Of a stretch of DNA of 36,875 nucleotides, positions 1 to 10,738 are shown piece by piece. How positions within the stretch are numbered: position 1 is the stretch's first letter; every line of letters starts with the position of its first letter. A program made the position numbers and the translations under genes. The notes under the pieces were generated by a model. That model was given only the letters and a program-made list of their open reading frames with translations. It ran no database searches and was not told where the DNA came from. Origin of the DNA: a virus (taxonomy: Duplodnaviria > Heunggongvirae > Uroviricota > Caudoviricetes); the IMG/VR virus record IMGVR_UViG_2721755724_000003; one strand, written 5' to 3'.

Positions 1-258
1 ATGCAAACCGTTATTTTTGGTCGTCCGGGTTGCCCTTACTGTGTGCGTGCAAAAGATCTGGCTGAGAAATTGAGCAATGAACACGATGATTTTCAGTATC
101 ACTATGTAGATATTCGTGCGGAAGGGATCACTAAAGAAGATCTACAACAAAAGGCAGGTAAACCCGTAGAAACCGTGCCGCAGATTTTTGTCGATCAGCA
201 ACATATCGGCGGCTATACCGATTTTGCTGCATGGGTGAAAGAAAATCTGGACGCCTGA
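1..258 (+). CDS. grxA: glutaredoxin 1
   Basis: 85-aa ORF with the CPYC active-site motif near the N-terminus; sequence matches my recollection of E. coli GrxA almost along its full length. Confidence 0.9.
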   Translation: MQTVIFGRPGCPYCVRAKDLAEKLSNEHDDFQYHYVDIRAEGITKEDLQQKAGKPVETVPQIFVDQQHIGGYTDFAAWVKENLDA

Positions 259-287
259 TCGTCTGACAAGCCCTCGCGTTGAGGGCT

Positions 288-665
288 TTACTGATTTTTT
301 CTGTGCTGTGGTTTAAACAAACTACTGATAAATAAGAAACACAGTGCCCCCAGCGCACACCAGAACACCGCACTTAATAACCATGCCAGCTCTTGCCAGA
401 ATGAGCGCGTCGGTGAAAAAAACAGCCGCATAATGAGCATCGAACAGGGTGCCGCCAGCATTGCGCCAAACAGAGGTTTCAGGACTTCTCTACGCTGTGA
501 AAAGAAGCTGGCGACTGCTCCAGGAAGAATGAAAAATAGCAAGCCGATTTCAGGATGCCCGGCAGCCCGAAAAGCGCCTTTCATGTGCGTCGCCAGAAAA
601 AGGCACACCACAATGAAGAGGACAAAACAGCAGATTGCCCCCGCCCAACGTTGTTTATGTTTCAC
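288..665 (-). CDS. ybjM: inner membrane protein YbjM
   Basis: 125-aa hydrophobic ORF convergent with grxA; size and synteny (grxA-ybjM-ybjL) fit the E. coli K-12 ybjM locus. Confidence 0.7.
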   Translation of the reverse strand: MKHKQRWAGAICCFVLFIVVCLFLATHMKGAFRAAGHPEIGLLFFILPGAVASFFSQRREVLKPLFGAMLAAPCSMLIMRLFFSPTRSFWQELAWLLSAVFWCALGALCFLFISSLFKPQHRKNQ

Positions 666-934
666 TCGTTCCTCCTGACACTGCGTCTATCGAACACATT
701 TTTCGCCAGTGTGGCGTTCAGTAAGATAAAGCCGCTTCGCATTCCATGCTAATATAGGCCAACGCAATTCATATAGCCGTTGATACCTAATGTGATTACA
801 CTAGTAAAATATATTGTTACTTTACTATCGTTTAGGTGCGCTGAATGAATCTGCGCCCTGAATTCTGGTAAAAAACATTATCGTAAATTACCATTTCTTT
901 CAACAGCTTACTAGTAAACAAGAAGTTAGCCTCC

Positions 935-2620
935 GTGAATATAAACGTCGCCGAATTGTTAAATGGGAATTACATTCTGTTATTATTTGTGGTCCTCGCG
1001 CTTGGGCTATGTCTCGGAAAGTTACGACTTGGTTCGATCCAACTGGGTAATTCCATTGGCGTTTTAGTCGTATCGCTGTTATTAGGCCAACAACATTTCA
1101 GCATTAACACCGATGCGCTTAATCTTGGCTTTATGCTGTTTATTTTCTGTGTTGGGGTTGAAGCCGGACCGAACTTTTTTTCCATTTTTTTTCGCGATGG
1201 GAAAAATTACCTAATGTTAGCACTGGTGATGGTTGGCAGTGCGCTGGTGATCGCCTTAGGGTTAGGTAAGCTGTTTGGCTGGGATATTGGCCTGACGGCC
1301 GGTATGTTAGCAGGCTCTATGACGTCGACACCGGTTCTGGTCGGTGCTGGCGATACACTGCGTCATTCCGGCATGGAAAGCAGGCAGCTCTCACTGGCAC
1401 TGGATAATCTGAGCCTCGGGTATGCCTTAACCTATTTAATCGGTCTGGTGAGTTTGATTGTTGGTGCGCGTTACTTGCCGAAATTGCAGCATCAGGACTT
1501 ACAGACCAGCGCCCAGCAAATCGCCCGCGAACGTGGCCTGGACACTGATGCCAACCGTAAGGTTTATTTACCGGTGATCCGCGCCTATCGCGTCGGCCCG
1601 GAGCTGGTGGCCTGGACCGACGGCAAAAATCTGCGTGAACTGGGTATTTATCGACAAACCGGCTGCTACATTGAACGTATTCGACGTAACGGGATTCTGG
1701 CAAATCCAGACGGTGATGCCGTGCTACAAATGGGCGATGAAATAGCGTTGGTAGGCTATCCCGACGCCCATGCCCGACTCGATCCCAGCTTCCGTAACGG
1801 TAAAGAAGTTTTCGATCGTGACCTTCTCGACATGCGTATCGTCACTGAAGAAGTGGTCGTTAAAAACCATAACGCTGTAGGTAAACGTCTCGCACAACTG
1901 AAGTTGACCGATCACGGTTGCTTCCTTAACCGCGTCATTCGTAGCCAGATTGAGATGCCGATAGATGACAACGTCGTGCTTAACAAAGGTGACGTTTTAC
2001 AAGTCAGCGGTGATGCCCGTCGCGTAAAAACCATCGCCGATCGCATCGGCTTTATCTCGATTCACAGCCAGGTCACTGACCTGCTGGCATTTTGCGCCTT
2101 CTTTGTTATTGGGCTGATGATCGGGATGATCACCTTCCAGTTCAGCACATTCAGTTTCGGCATGGGGAACGCTGCCGGGTTGTTATTCGCCGGAATTATG
2201 CTGGGCTTTATGCGTGCTAACCACCCGACCTTCGGTTACATTCCGCAGGGTGCATTAAGCATGGTGAAAGAGTTCGGCTTGATGGTGTTTATGGCAGGCG
2301 TTGGTCTGAGCGCCGGTAGCGGTATTAATAACGGCCTGGGCGCGATTGGCGGTCAGATGTTGATTGCCGGATTGATTGTCAGTCTGGTGCCCGTGGTTAT
2401 CTGTTTCTTGTTCGGTGCTTATGTATTGCGAATGAACCGCGCGCTGTTGTTCGGCGCAATGATGGGCGCACGTACCTGCGCGCCGGCAATGGAGATCATC
2501 AGTGATACAGCTCGCAGTAACATCCCGGCGCTGGGCTATGCGGGCACCTATGCAATCGCCAACGTCCTGCTGACGCTGGCAGGGACAATCATCGTCATGG
2601 TATGGCCAGGATTAGGATAA
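935..2620 (+). CDS. ybjL: putative AAE-family transporter YbjL
   Basis: 561-aa ORF starting at GTG (935), with membrane-spanning N- and C-terminal halves around a soluble middle; length and synteny match YbjL. Confidence 0.8.
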
Positions 2621-2732
2621 AACTGAAGTTGCCCTGAAAATGAAATTTTTTTGCACAACCGCAGAACTTTTCCGCAGGGCATCAGTCTTAATTAGTGCCA
2701 CTGCTTTTCTTTGATGTCCCCATTTTGTGGAG

Positions 2733-2776
2733 CCCATCAACCCCGCCATTTCGGTTCAAGGTTGATGGGTTTTTTG
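2733..2776 (+). terminator. rho-independent terminator downstream of ybjL
   Basis: 10-bp stem (cccatcaacc / ggttgatggg) with a 17-nt loop followed by TTTTTT, about 110 nt after the ybjL stop. Confidence 0.55.
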
Positions 2777-2833
2777 TTGCCTGAAATTTAAGATGTTTAA
2801 AATCATGATGTTAGAAGCACTGTTTTTTAACGA

Positions 2834-2855
2834 TGGCGACAAAATGGCGGCAGCG
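2834..2855. repeat. att core direct repeat, ogr-proximal junction
   Basis: TGGCGACAAAATGGCGGCAGCG immediately outside the ogr stop; near-identical copy inside the int 3' end. Confidence 0.6.
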
Positions 2856-3074
2856 TCAAAGAGAGAGCGCCACCTGTCCTGATTTCATTGGATGCGGCTG
2901 AACTGGATTCGACTCTTTTGGTGTTGCAATCGAACGAACAAAAGTTTCATGGGTAACAAAAGTATGGCTGCAGTTAATGTTCTGGCACTGGTTATAACGC
3001 TCTTTGGTCAATGAAGATACCTGAAAACTGCTGCGAGTATGGGCGGCACTTCCACACAGTGGGCAAATCATCAT
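2856..3074 (-). CDS. ogr: Ogr/Delta/B-family zinc-finger late transcription activator
   Basis: CPLC...CxxxxC zinc-finger pattern and overall similarity to P2 Ogr as I recall it (about 72 aa). The ORF opens at GTG 3107; I chose ATG 3074 (MMICPLC), with ATG 3071 or 3092 as alternatives. Confidence 0.8.
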   Translation of the reverse strand: MMICPLCGSAAHTRSSFQVSSLTKERYNQCQNINCSHTFVTHETFVRSIATPKESNPVQPHPMKSGQVALSL

Positions 3075-3164
3075 TTTTCGAGTTCTCCCCATTTTTGCTA
3101 AATTCACAACAATGATACCGTATTATTCCATTTTGCAAACTTAAAAGTTCTCCATTGCGAAGAA

Positions 3165-4268
3165 TCATTCCATTTCGAAATCATCAATCCTCACTTCAAG
3201 CTCCAGACTGGTCGTAAAACCGTTATCCGGGCTGACGGTATGTGTCAGGGTGGTAATGGTCCATTCCGCATCATCTATCGGCTGTTTAAAACCACTGACC
3301 TTCACAGACATTTCCGTGTAGAGATCTGCCCGCCCTTCTGCCAGTTGTAGAGAAAATGACGCAACGCCGCGTTGCAGGCGTTCCCACTGCATTTTCGCCG
3401 CTCGTTCGGCGTTGCTCCGGTTGGCATAGGTGCGATTAAGTACCAGCACGTTTTCATCCGTACCCACCAGGTAATCGCCCTGCTTCGCTTCTGGCTCTTT
3501 CTTCTGCTTCTTAGTTCTGCGCTTACGCTTCACCGTGGTGCTTTCTTTCTTCGCAGGTTCGCGGGTATGCAACCAGCTGGCAATTACGCCCGTGTAGGCT
3601 CCGCGATCTGCCAGGGTAAATCGGTGACTGTCGCCGTCCTTGCGTGTGATAGTGATCACTGGCAGAGGTTTACCAGTGGCGCTTTTGCCCTGCCCCTGCC
3701 GGATGAATAACAGATTGCCATTTTTCACCGACGCGATGGCACCGTACTGTCTCGCCAGCCGCATCAGAAAACTGCCGTCACTCTCATTAGTCTGGTCTAT
3801 ATGCTCCACGGGCTTATCCGACAGGTCTTTACCCAGTGCCATCTTCAGCTTGTGCCGCGCGGCAATTTCCTGCACCACTTCCCCGACGGTGGTCTTATGC
3901 CACGATTTTTCACGGCGGGTATTCAGCGTTTCCCGAAAATCAGCACTTCGCGCCCGGATAGTCAGGCGGTCCGGTGCGCCAGTGTGTTCAATCTCGTCCA
4001 CTGTGAATGCCCCTTTCGGGAAAAGCGGCTGCCCCTTCCAGCCCAGCGCCAGCGTAATGACCGCACCACGGCGCGGCAGCACGATTTTTCCGTCAGCGTC
4101 ATCCAGCTCCAGATCAAGCTGGTCCGCTTCAAAGCCCCGGTTATCCGTCAGCGTCAAACTCATCAGGCGGTTATCCAGCACAGTGGTGATATCCCTGCCC
4201 TCAATACTGATGCTGAATGCGGGAGTTTTGTTGCCTTTGTTAAGCAGTTCAGAGCTGAAATTCACCAC
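3165..4268 (-). CDS. D: tail protein D (P2 gpD-like)
   Basis: 367-aa ORF in the gpD position between ogr and U; P2 synteny and size. Confidence 0.8.
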   Translation of the reverse strand: MVNFSSELLNKGNKTPAFSISIEGRDITTVLDNRLMSLTLTDNRGFEADQLDLELDDADGKIVLPRRGAVITLALGWKGQPLFPKGAFTVDEIEHTGAPDRLTIRARSADFRETLNTRREKSWHKTTVGEVVQEIAARHKLKMALGKDLSDKPVEHIDQTNESDGSFLMRLARQYGAIASVKNGNLLFIRQGQGKSATGKPLPVITITRKDGDSHRFTLADRGAYTGVIASWLHTREPAKKESTTVKRKRRTKKQKKEPEAKQGDYLVGTDENVLVLNRTYANRSNAERAAKMQWERLQRGVASFSLQLAEGRADLYTEMSVKVSGFKQPIDDAEWTITTLTHTVSPDNGFTTSLELEVRIDDFEME

Positions 4269-4747
4269 AGCAGCCCTCCCACCGTTTTACTGATATCGCT
4301 TAAGGCAGACGTTGCCGTGTCCTGCAGATTATTCAGTTGCGCACTGAGATCACCGAACATATCGGACAGGGATTCATCCACTCGTTTGAGCGACAGGGTG
4401 AACTCAATCCGGCGCGGCATACCGTCGCGGAAAAACTCCGTTTTAGTCTGATTCAGTCCCTCAATCACATACATACCGTAAATCGTGCCGCTGCCTTCAA
4501 TCAGGGGCCATGCTTTCCCCTGTTCTGCCATCTGCTCCAGTGCCAGCAACGACAGCCTGCCGCCTGTTATCTCCGGCATAAGAACACCGGAAAGCGTCAG
4601 CATGTCGTTTTCCGGTCCCAGAAACTGCGTGGACGGACGTCGGTTTACCCGACTGTTTGCCGCATGTCGCCAGCTGCGTTGATACTGCAGTTCCTGATAC
4701 GGCACGGTGCGCAGCATAAACACGTACAATCCCAGCACCATCATCAT
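4262..4747 (-). CDS. U: tail protein U (P2 gpU-like)
   Basis: 161-aa ORF between the tape measure gene and D; short overlaps with both neighbours. Confidence 0.8.
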   Translation of the reverse strand: MMMVLGLYVFMLRTVPYQELQYQRSWRHAANSRVNRRPSTQFLGPENDMLTLSGVLMPEITGGRLSLLALEQMAEQGKAWPLIEGSGTIYGMYVIEGLNQTKTEFFRDGMPRRIEFTLSLKRVDESLSDMFGDLSAQLNNLQDTATSALSDISKTVGGLLW

Positions 4748-7700
4748 GCGTCGTATCCCCCCTGATCGCTGTAGTTACTCCTGGCTTTTGCCTTCAGCCT
4801 GCGTTCACGTTCATCAAGCTGGCGTGCCACCTCCCGCGCAATATCCTGCGCACTTTGTCCTGGCTGCGTCTGAATGATGATCTGCGTCGGTGCCTCAATC
4901 CGTTGAACGAGCGGCACAGTGGCTGCGCGACTCACAATTGCTTCTCCACCTTTCGCGGGAAGTGCCAAAGGGTGCAACGGTGGAAGCTCTGCTGGCGCGG
5001 CAGCAACGCCCATCATTCCGGCAACAACGGCAGCCAGTGCAGCTGTATTTCTCCGGCTGGTCACATTTGCCGGGCCGTTAACAATTTCCGGCCCGTTTTC
5101 ACCGACGATGCCAAACTGCCCGCGCGGGATATACCCGCCGCTGTCATACATCCCCGCAAAGCCATATCCCCATGATGGAAAACCACCCGATGGCATCATC
5201 ACTTTACCGTCTGCATTCACCGTCGCAGGTTGCTGACGCGTCACGCTTTCCGGCAGTTTTGCCTTTGCGGCCTCTTTACTGACAATGCCGAGCTTCTCCA
5301 GCAACCAGGAAACGCCGGATTTCAGGGAGTCCAGCGGATGCATGACCATATTCAGCCCTTCCGCCAGTGCCTCCCCGAATCGCCGCCCCATTGCCGCTGC
5401 GCTCTGCAGTTCGGCAGAGGTCGACTTAACGGGCGTCAGCAGATCAGTAAACCAGCCCCACAGCGCCTGCACTTTGTCGCCAATCCACTGGAACACGGGC
5501 TTAAGCGGTTCGAACGCTGCACTGATGGGACCTGCCGCCGCTTTGAATCCTTCCACCACGCCACCGAGAAATGCGGTGATGGGTTGCCAGTATTTCCAGA
5601 CAACCAGCGCCACGCCCGCCAGTGCAGTAACCACAAGACCTATCGGACTGAGCAGAGCACCTAACAGACCAGATATGGCATACAGGGCAACGCGCAGCAT
5701 CGCCAGTGGACCAGATGCCAGTACTCGCAGCACCGTGCCTGCGGCGGCCAGTCCACCGCGCAGTACCGCCAGAGGATTCATAAACATCACAGCAACAGCA
5801 CGTAAACCGGATAATCCAGACCGCAAAAGTGCAACCGGCGCACCTGCTACAGTTTTCAGGACATTTCCCGTCAGTGATGCCGTGCGGCGCAAAGACGACA
5901 ACGGCGCAGTAAGTAAACCTGCGGCGTTGCCCGATGAAGCAAGCCCGCGTCGCAGCAGTGCCAGTGGTGCGCCAGCCAGCCAGGACAACGCGCTGCTGGT
6001 TCGAGTTACTGCTGCCGTAACGGAAGATAACGTTTTGATACCCAGCACAGAGAATCCCAGACGGATCACTGCCAGCGGCCCCAGCACTGCAGCCAGCGCC
6101 ACCGCTAAGGTGCCGAGGCCGACGGTAACCGCAGCCACAACAGCCGATGCTTTCATCAGTGTGCCTGTCAGTTCCGGGTTAGCTTCCACCCAGCGACGCA
6201 ACGCTCCCGTGACGCTTTTCACCGTGTACAGAATATCCATCAGCGGCTGGCGCAGCGTTTCGCCCAGGCTGCTGAAGGTGTTCTGCGCTCCGGTTTTGAC
6301 CAGCAACCACTGCGCAGAAAGTGAATCCTTGTTAATGTCGGATTCTTTCTGCATGGAGCCGAGCGCATCATTGCCCGCTGTCAGTTTTAACTGACGCTGC
6401 AGTTCCGGCAGGTTGTTTGCCAGTTTCGCCGCGTCATCGCCAAACTCTTTACCAAACAACATAGTCATGGCAGACAGGCGCTTGTCCTGCGGCAGCGCGT
6501 TTACCTTCTCCAGCACGCGCTGGATGGTTCCCATCGCATCCTTCGTCATCTGCTTTTCAATCACTTCAGGATTGAGTTTCAGCAGATTCATCCCTTCAAA
6601 GAAACTTTTGCTTTGCATGGTGGCAATGGACAATTCACGCACCATCGCGTTTGCTGCACTGGCTGCAACCTCTGGCGCAGCGCCCAGTGTCAGGAAGGTG
6701 GAACCCAGCGCCGCCGCTTTACGATAATCCAGACGGTCAGCCACACCGCCCAGACGTTGCATCACATCAATGATGTCTGCCCCTTTCGACATGGCGTTAT
6801 CATCCAGATAGTTCAGCGCATCACCGAGCTGTTCAATATTGCGGGTGGGGATTTTGTAGAGCTGGGCGATTTTCCCCAGACTTTCTGACAGTTCATCCGC
6901 TGGCAGCTCAAAGGCTGTTGCCGCCTTTGCTGCCGTACTGGCGAAGGCCAGCAGGTCACGTTTCTGATCTTCCCAACTGTCGTCAGGGTTTGCGACGTTC
7001 ATGCGCGCACCACCTTCAACCAGTGCAGCGAAATCCACCGCACCGTTTTCCATCGGCAACTGTTCGCTGGCAGCCTTGATGGCATCCTGCATTTCATAAA
7101 AACGTGCAGTGCGGTTGCCATTATCGTCACGCAGACCATTGACCTGCTTTGCCACACCTTTCATGGCATCTTCCATGCTGGTATAGCTTTTTACTGCCGC
7201 CATCACTGGTGCGCCCATTGCCAGCCCTGCAGCCGTGGTGGTGGCTCCGGCACCTGCAATACGATCACGCACCTCCAGCGAACGGGCATAACTGGCACGC
7301 GCTGCATTCATCCTGCGCTGAGCTTCCCCCAGTCGCTTCAGCCGCGCCTCCTGTTTCGAAAGTTCCTGGTTATAACGTGATGTTTCACGGGCTAAACGGG
7401 CAGTTGCTCCCGCATCGTCTTTCGCAGAAATTCCCGCCCGGTACAGTTCAGCACGCACAAGCGCCGTCTGCTGCTGCAGCTTTTTCTGGCGTTCTTCCAG
7501 GCGCTGAACAGCCAGCCGTTGACGGCCCAGAGCAACAACCTGACGTTGCGAAGGCGGCCCCATCGCTCCCAGTTCCTGACTGAGCAAATTTGCACGCTGG
7601 CGGGCATAGTTCAGCCTGTCGCCTAATTTCTGATTTTCTGCCTGCAGCTTTCGGAAGCTGTCCAGACTGCTCCCGGCCTGATCAAGCTGCTTTATTGCAT

Positions 7701-7821
7701 CGCGGGATTTTTTGACAGCAGCAGCCAGTTCTCTTGAACTGGCCTGCGCAGATCGAAATGGGCGGGTGAGCTTGTCAACCGCATTAAGAATGACCTGCAG
7801 ACGCAGGTTGTTATCACTCAT
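4744..7821 (-). CDS. T: tail tape measure protein (P2 gpT-like)
   Basis: 1025-aa ORF with coiled-coil-like N-terminal part and repeated Gly/Ala/Leu hydrophobic motifs (PLAxLRxGL-type), typical of tape measure proteins; correct position after E/E'. Confidence 0.85.
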   Translation of the reverse strand: MSDNNLRLQVILNAVDKLTRPFRSAQASSRELAAAVKKSRDAIKQLDQAGSSLDSFRKLQAENQKLGDRLNYARQRANLLSQELGAMGPPSQRQVVALGRQRLAVQRLEERQKKLQQQTALVRAELYRAGISAKDDAGATARLARETSRYNQELSKQEARLKRLGEAQRRMNAARASYARSLEVRDRIAGAGATTTAAGLAMGAPVMAAVKSYTSMEDAMKGVAKQVNGLRDDNGNRTARFYEMQDAIKAASEQLPMENGAVDFAALVEGGARMNVANPDDSWEDQKRDLLAFASTAAKAATAFELPADELSESLGKIAQLYKIPTRNIEQLGDALNYLDDNAMSKGADIIDVMQRLGGVADRLDYRKAAALGSTFLTLGAAPEVAASAANAMVRELSIATMQSKSFFEGMNLLKLNPEVIEKQMTKDAMGTIQRVLEKVNALPQDKRLSAMTMLFGKEFGDDAAKLANNLPELQRQLKLTAGNDALGSMQKESDINKDSLSAQWLLVKTGAQNTFSSLGETLRQPLMDILYTVKSVTGALRRWVEANPELTGTLMKASAVVAAVTVGLGTLAVALAAVLGPLAVIRLGFSVLGIKTLSSVTAAVTRTSSALSWLAGAPLALLRRGLASSGNAAGLLTAPLSSLRRTASLTGNVLKTVAGAPVALLRSGLSGLRAVAVMFMNPLAVLRGGLAAAGTVLRVLASGPLAMLRVALYAISGLLGALLSPIGLVVTALAGVALVVWKYWQPITAFLGGVVEGFKAAAGPISAAFEPLKPVFQWIGDKVQALWGWFTDLLTPVKSTSAELQSAAAMGRRFGEALAEGLNMVMHPLDSLKSGVSWLLEKLGIVSKEAAKAKLPESVTRQQPATVNADGKVMMPSGGFPSWGYGFAGMYDSGGYIPRGQFGIVGENGPEIVNGPANVTSRRNTAALAAVVAGMMGVAAAPAELPPLHPLALPAKGGEAIVSRAATVPLVQRIEAPTQIIIQTQPGQSAQDIAREVARQLDERERRLKAKARSNYSDQGGYDA

Positions 7822-8250
7822 CGTTGGCCCCGCTTCTCTGAATCGCTTTATACCGCCATTCCAGCACTTCGGTCAGCGGCATAACGTCAGTAACGGATGG
7901 CGGCCAGTGAAAAATGGTGGCGATATCTGCCACCAGATCGTCAACCGTCAGGCTGTCGGTAAACCGGCAAGCACCGACTTCTTCAACAAAAAAGTGACAA
8001 CCTCAACCGACATGGCAGTGAGATCTGCCGGGTCCATCTCTGCAATTTCCTGTGCAGTCAGTGCCGGACTGGAGATGCGGGGGATCACGATCATCATCGC
8101 GTTTACATCCATATCCATAATGGCCTGCAGGCGTATACCGCGCAGCGCACCGGACTGCGGTTTACGCAGCACAATTTCGGTGATTTCTGTTTTACCGCGC
8201 TTGATGGGGGTATCCAGTTGAATGGTCTTTTCAGTCTGCTTATCGCTCAT
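7814..8250 (-). CDS. E+E' tail chaperone fusion made by programmed -1 frameshift
   Basis: Minus-strand T TTT TTG at 7987-7993; the -1 frame stays open for 57 codons to a TGA at 7814-7816 that overlaps the T start codon, as in P2 E/E'. Confidence 0.7.
7948..8250 (-). CDS. E: tail assembly chaperone E (P2 gpE-like)
   Basis: 100-aa ORF directly upstream of T and ending ...TFLLKKS...; contains the slippery heptamer TTTTTTG near its 3' end. Confidence 0.8.
   Translation of the reverse strand: MSDKQTEKTIQLDTPIKRGKTEITEIVLRKPQSGALRGIRLQAIMDMDVNAMMIVIPRISSPALTAQEIAEMDPADLTAMSVEVVTFLLKKSVLAGLPTA
7987..7993 (-). other. slippery heptamer for the E/E' -1 frameshift
   Basis: Forward caaaaaa is TTTTTTG on the coding strand, in frame as T TTT TTG within E. 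Confidence 0.7.
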
Positions 8251-8304
8251 TTTGCTGTCCTGTCAATTGGGTTCTGGCGCGGTATCCCGCGCCGTTCAGA
8301 TATA

Positions 8305-8820
8305 TCAGAGGCCGAGGGCGTTGCGGTGCGCTTCCATCAGGTCCACACCGTCCACAATTTCCACCATGTTGATAAGGTCCACTTCATAGAGCACCTCACC
8401 ATTGATGGTCAGCTTCGCGTAGCTGTTGGTACTGGTCACTTTGGTGGTGTTGCTTTCGCCCGTCTTCCACTCGCCGGAATCCACTTCTTTGTGACGTCCA
8501 CGCACGACAAGCTCCACGGCCTGCACTTCCCCGGTATCGTCACGCTGAATAGAGCCGGTAAAGCGCAGCTGGATGCCATCCACCGTGGCTTTACCCATCT
8601 GTTTAAACAGCAGCAATTCAGTACCACCAATGGAAAATTCTGTGTCCAGCGCACTGTCATCAAGCCCCAGATCCACATCCACCGCACCCGGCATTCCGCC
8701 GCCGCGATACTTCTCATATTTGCGGGTAAATTTCGGCAGCGTCAGCGACTCAACGATCCCCTGCCAGTTGTTCCCGTCGTTAAACAGGTTCAGGTGTTTT
8801 AATTTGCGTGGTAAAGCCAT
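8305..8820 (-). CDS. FII: major tail tube protein (P2 FII-like)
   Basis: 171-aa ORF between the sheath gene and E; P2 synteny and size. Confidence 0.85.
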   Translation of the reverse strand: MALPRKLKHLNLFNDGNNWQGIVESLTLPKFTRKYEKYRGGGMPGAVDVDLGLDDSALDTEFSIGGTELLLFKQMGKATVDGIQLRFTGSIQRDDTGEVQAVELVVRGRHKEVDSGEWKTGESNTTKVTSTNSYAKLTINGEVLYEVDLINMVEIVDGVDLMEAHRNALGL

Positions 8821-8829
8821 GTTGTCCCC

Positions 8830-10002
8830 TTACGCGCTGACCTGGCTGGCGAAATTCACCAGGTACTGATCGGTGATGCGCTGACGCAGCATCAGGTTTT
8901 CAAGTGGCGGCACTGGCGTGTAGTCGTAGTCGATGGTGAGTTTTCCGGCTTTCAGCGTGTCTTTGTCGTTCACCGACTCATCCAGCCAGCAATCACCACC
9001 AATGAGATAGCCCTGACTGACCAGGCTGCGCATTTTGGCGCGGATACCTTCGATAATGTCGCGGGCCAGCGACGGGTTAAGCGGTTTATCCACCGCCCAC
9101 ATGTGTGCTTCTGCCATCGTGTCCATCAGCACCTGCGCCGTGCGGGTGTAGTTTTCGAAGGCAAAGAGCGGGTCATCACTCAGGCAGCGGGAACCCCAGA
9201 AGCGGAAACCGTCTTTACGCACAAGCGTGGTGACGTCGTTCTGGTTCAGCAGACCTGCATCGGTTGCCGGGTCCTGCAGATCCCAGAACACATCTGCAGA
9301 AATTCCGGTGACACCGTTCACGCCCACGTTGGACAGGCTTTTGTGCCATCCGGTCTGCTCGTCAATTTTGGCGCGCAGACCAAGCGCACGGGCGGTGGCA
9401 TATGCCGTTGCTTCGGCATTCAGCACCGTGTCCCAGCCAGTAAAGTCAGGCCAGATCAGCATCCCTTCGCGCTGGCTGAAGTTTTCGCGGTAAGTGATCG
9501 CCTCCTGCACTGTCTTGCAGCCATACGCTGACAGGTAAGCAAATCCACGCAGGCTTTGCGCCACGCTCAGCAACTCAGTAGCTACCGCCTTGGTGTCGTG
9601 GCCTGGCACGCCGAGAATGCGCGGTTTAACGCCGAGCTGTGACTGGGCAGATAACAGGGCTTTCATACCTGTTTTTTTACCTTCAGCAGTCACTGCGCCG
9701 ATGATATTGGTCGTGGTTTCGTCTTCCGTTTCACCCTGCGGCACACGCACAACAATGGTCACGGGTTTTGCCTGGTCAGCGATGGCATCCAGCGAACGGG
9801 CCAGAGTACCGGACTCACCCGCTTTACCGCTGGCAGTCAGCACATCAGTGATCAGCACGGGTTTATTAAGAGGAAACATTTTTGCATCGGCATCATCGCC
9901 CGTGCAGACCATACCCACGATGGCGGTGCTCACCGTGGTAATAGATCGGGTGCCTTCGTTGACTTCAACAACGCGCACCCCGTGGTGGTAATCCTGAGCC
10001 AT
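8830..10002 (-). CDS. FI: contractile tail sheath protein (P2 FI-like)
   Basis: 390-aa ORF upstream of FII; P2 FI is about 396 aa. Confidence 0.85.
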   Translation of the reverse strand: MAQDYHHGVRVVEVNEGTRSITTVSTAIVGMVCTGDDADAKMFPLNKPVLITDVLTASGKAGESGTLARSLDAIADQAKPVTIVVRVPQGETEDETTTNIIGAVTAEGKKTGMKALLSAQSQLGVKPRILGVPGHDTKAVATELLSVAQSLRGFAYLSAYGCKTVQEAITYRENFSQREGMLIWPDFTGWDTVLNAEATAYATARALGLRAKIDEQTGWHKSLSNVGVNGVTGISADVFWDLQDPATDAGLLNQNDVTTLVRKDGFRFWGSRCLSDDPLFAFENYTRTAQVLMDTMAEAHMWAVDKPLNPSLARDIIEGIRAKMRSLVSQGYLIGGDCWLDESVNDKDTLKAGKLTIDYDYTPVPPLENLMLRQRITDQYLVNFASQVSA

Positions 10003-10078
10003 AGTGGCGAACCTCCTGATTGGATTAGGCTTCGCCCTATGTTGAAGTGATTGTGCCTGACAAACAGCTAAGCGCAGT

Positions 10079-10096
10079 TGTACCGTTATTCACACA
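10079..10096 (-). promoter_or_regulatory. candidate Ogr-dependent late promoter element upstream of FI (TGT-N12-ACA)
   Basis: TGTaccgttattcacACA about 85 nt upstream of the FI start; the same dyad motif recurs upstream of O and V. Confidence 0.45.
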
Positions 10097-10144
10097 AAAT
10101 GACGGTATTTGTCTGCTTTCAGGGATAATCAAAATAAAGCTGAT

Positions 10145-10717
10145 TCAGGGAGATTTATTGCTCTTATTTGCCGGAAATTTTCGATAAATGGTAGAAACGC
10201 CTACATCAAAAATCAGTGCAATACGCTGTCTTGATTCTCCGGCCTCGAGTAAACGTCCAATCTGTGCCCACTGTTCAGTGGTCAACTTAGGACGGCGTCC
10301 ACCTACTCTGCCTTTAGCACGAGCTGCAGCCAGCCCTGCCCGGGTACGTTCAACTATCAGTTCGCGTTCCATTTCAGCCAGGGCACCCATGACATGAAAA
10401 AAGAAACGGCCCATTGGGGTACTGGTATCAATACTGTCAGTCAGGCTTCGGAAATTCACACCACGCTGGCGCAACTCTTCTATCAGCGTAACAAGATGCC
10501 GCATACTGCGCCCCAACCTGTCCAGCTTCCAGACAACCAGCGTGTCTCCTGCCAATAGTGTCCTGAGCAGTTTTTTAAGCCCCGGTCTGTCGGACTTAGT
10601 GCCACTGATTTTGTCCTCAAAAATCCGCTCACATCCCGCGCAGTTCAGCGCATTACGTTGCAAATCGGTGTTCTGGTCATTTGTTGACACGCGTACATAG
10701 CCAATAAGCATGATCAT
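10145..10717 (-). CDS. serine DNA invertase (Hin/Gin/Cin/Pin family)
   Basis: 190 aa; N-terminal GYVRVSTNDQ catalytic-serine motif, VVWKLDRLGRS, and C-terminal HTH; very close to Hin/Gin as I recall them. Confidence 0.9.
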   Translation of the reverse strand: MIMLIGYVRVSTNDQNTDLQRNALNCAGCERIFEDKISGTKSDRPGLKKLLRTLLAGDTLVVWKLDRLGRSMRHLVTLIEELRQRGVNFRSLTDSIDTSTPMGRFFFHVMGALAEMERELIVERTRAGLAAARAKGRVGGRRPKLTTEQWAQIGRLLEAGESRQRIALIFDVGVSTIYRKFPANKSNKSP

Positions 10718-10738
10718 CTCCCTGAATAAAAATAGGGG

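Noticed and set aside
2700-2860. Possible tRNA or tmRNA fragment at the prophage junction, since P2-like integrases often target tRNA genes
   Set aside because: The hairpin at 2733-2776 has terminator features (T-tract) and no recognisable tRNA T-arm or acceptor consensus; the att core repeat does not resemble a tRNA 3' end.
2806-2877. Short plus-strand reading frame (MMLEALFFNDGDKMAAAS...) running through the left att core, suggesting a disrupted host gene
   Set aside because: Only about 23 codons, no ribosome-binding site, not in the ORF track; the matching reading frame in int is probably coincidental because the core is shared DNA.
5285-6394. 369-aa plus-strand ORF (with neighbours 4855-5236 and 5230-5664) inside the tape measure gene
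   Set aside because: Lies entirely antisense to the well-supported 1025-aa T gene; Pro/Ser/Ala/Arg-rich composition typical of antisense frames in GC-rich coding DNA; no ribosome-binding site or synteny support.
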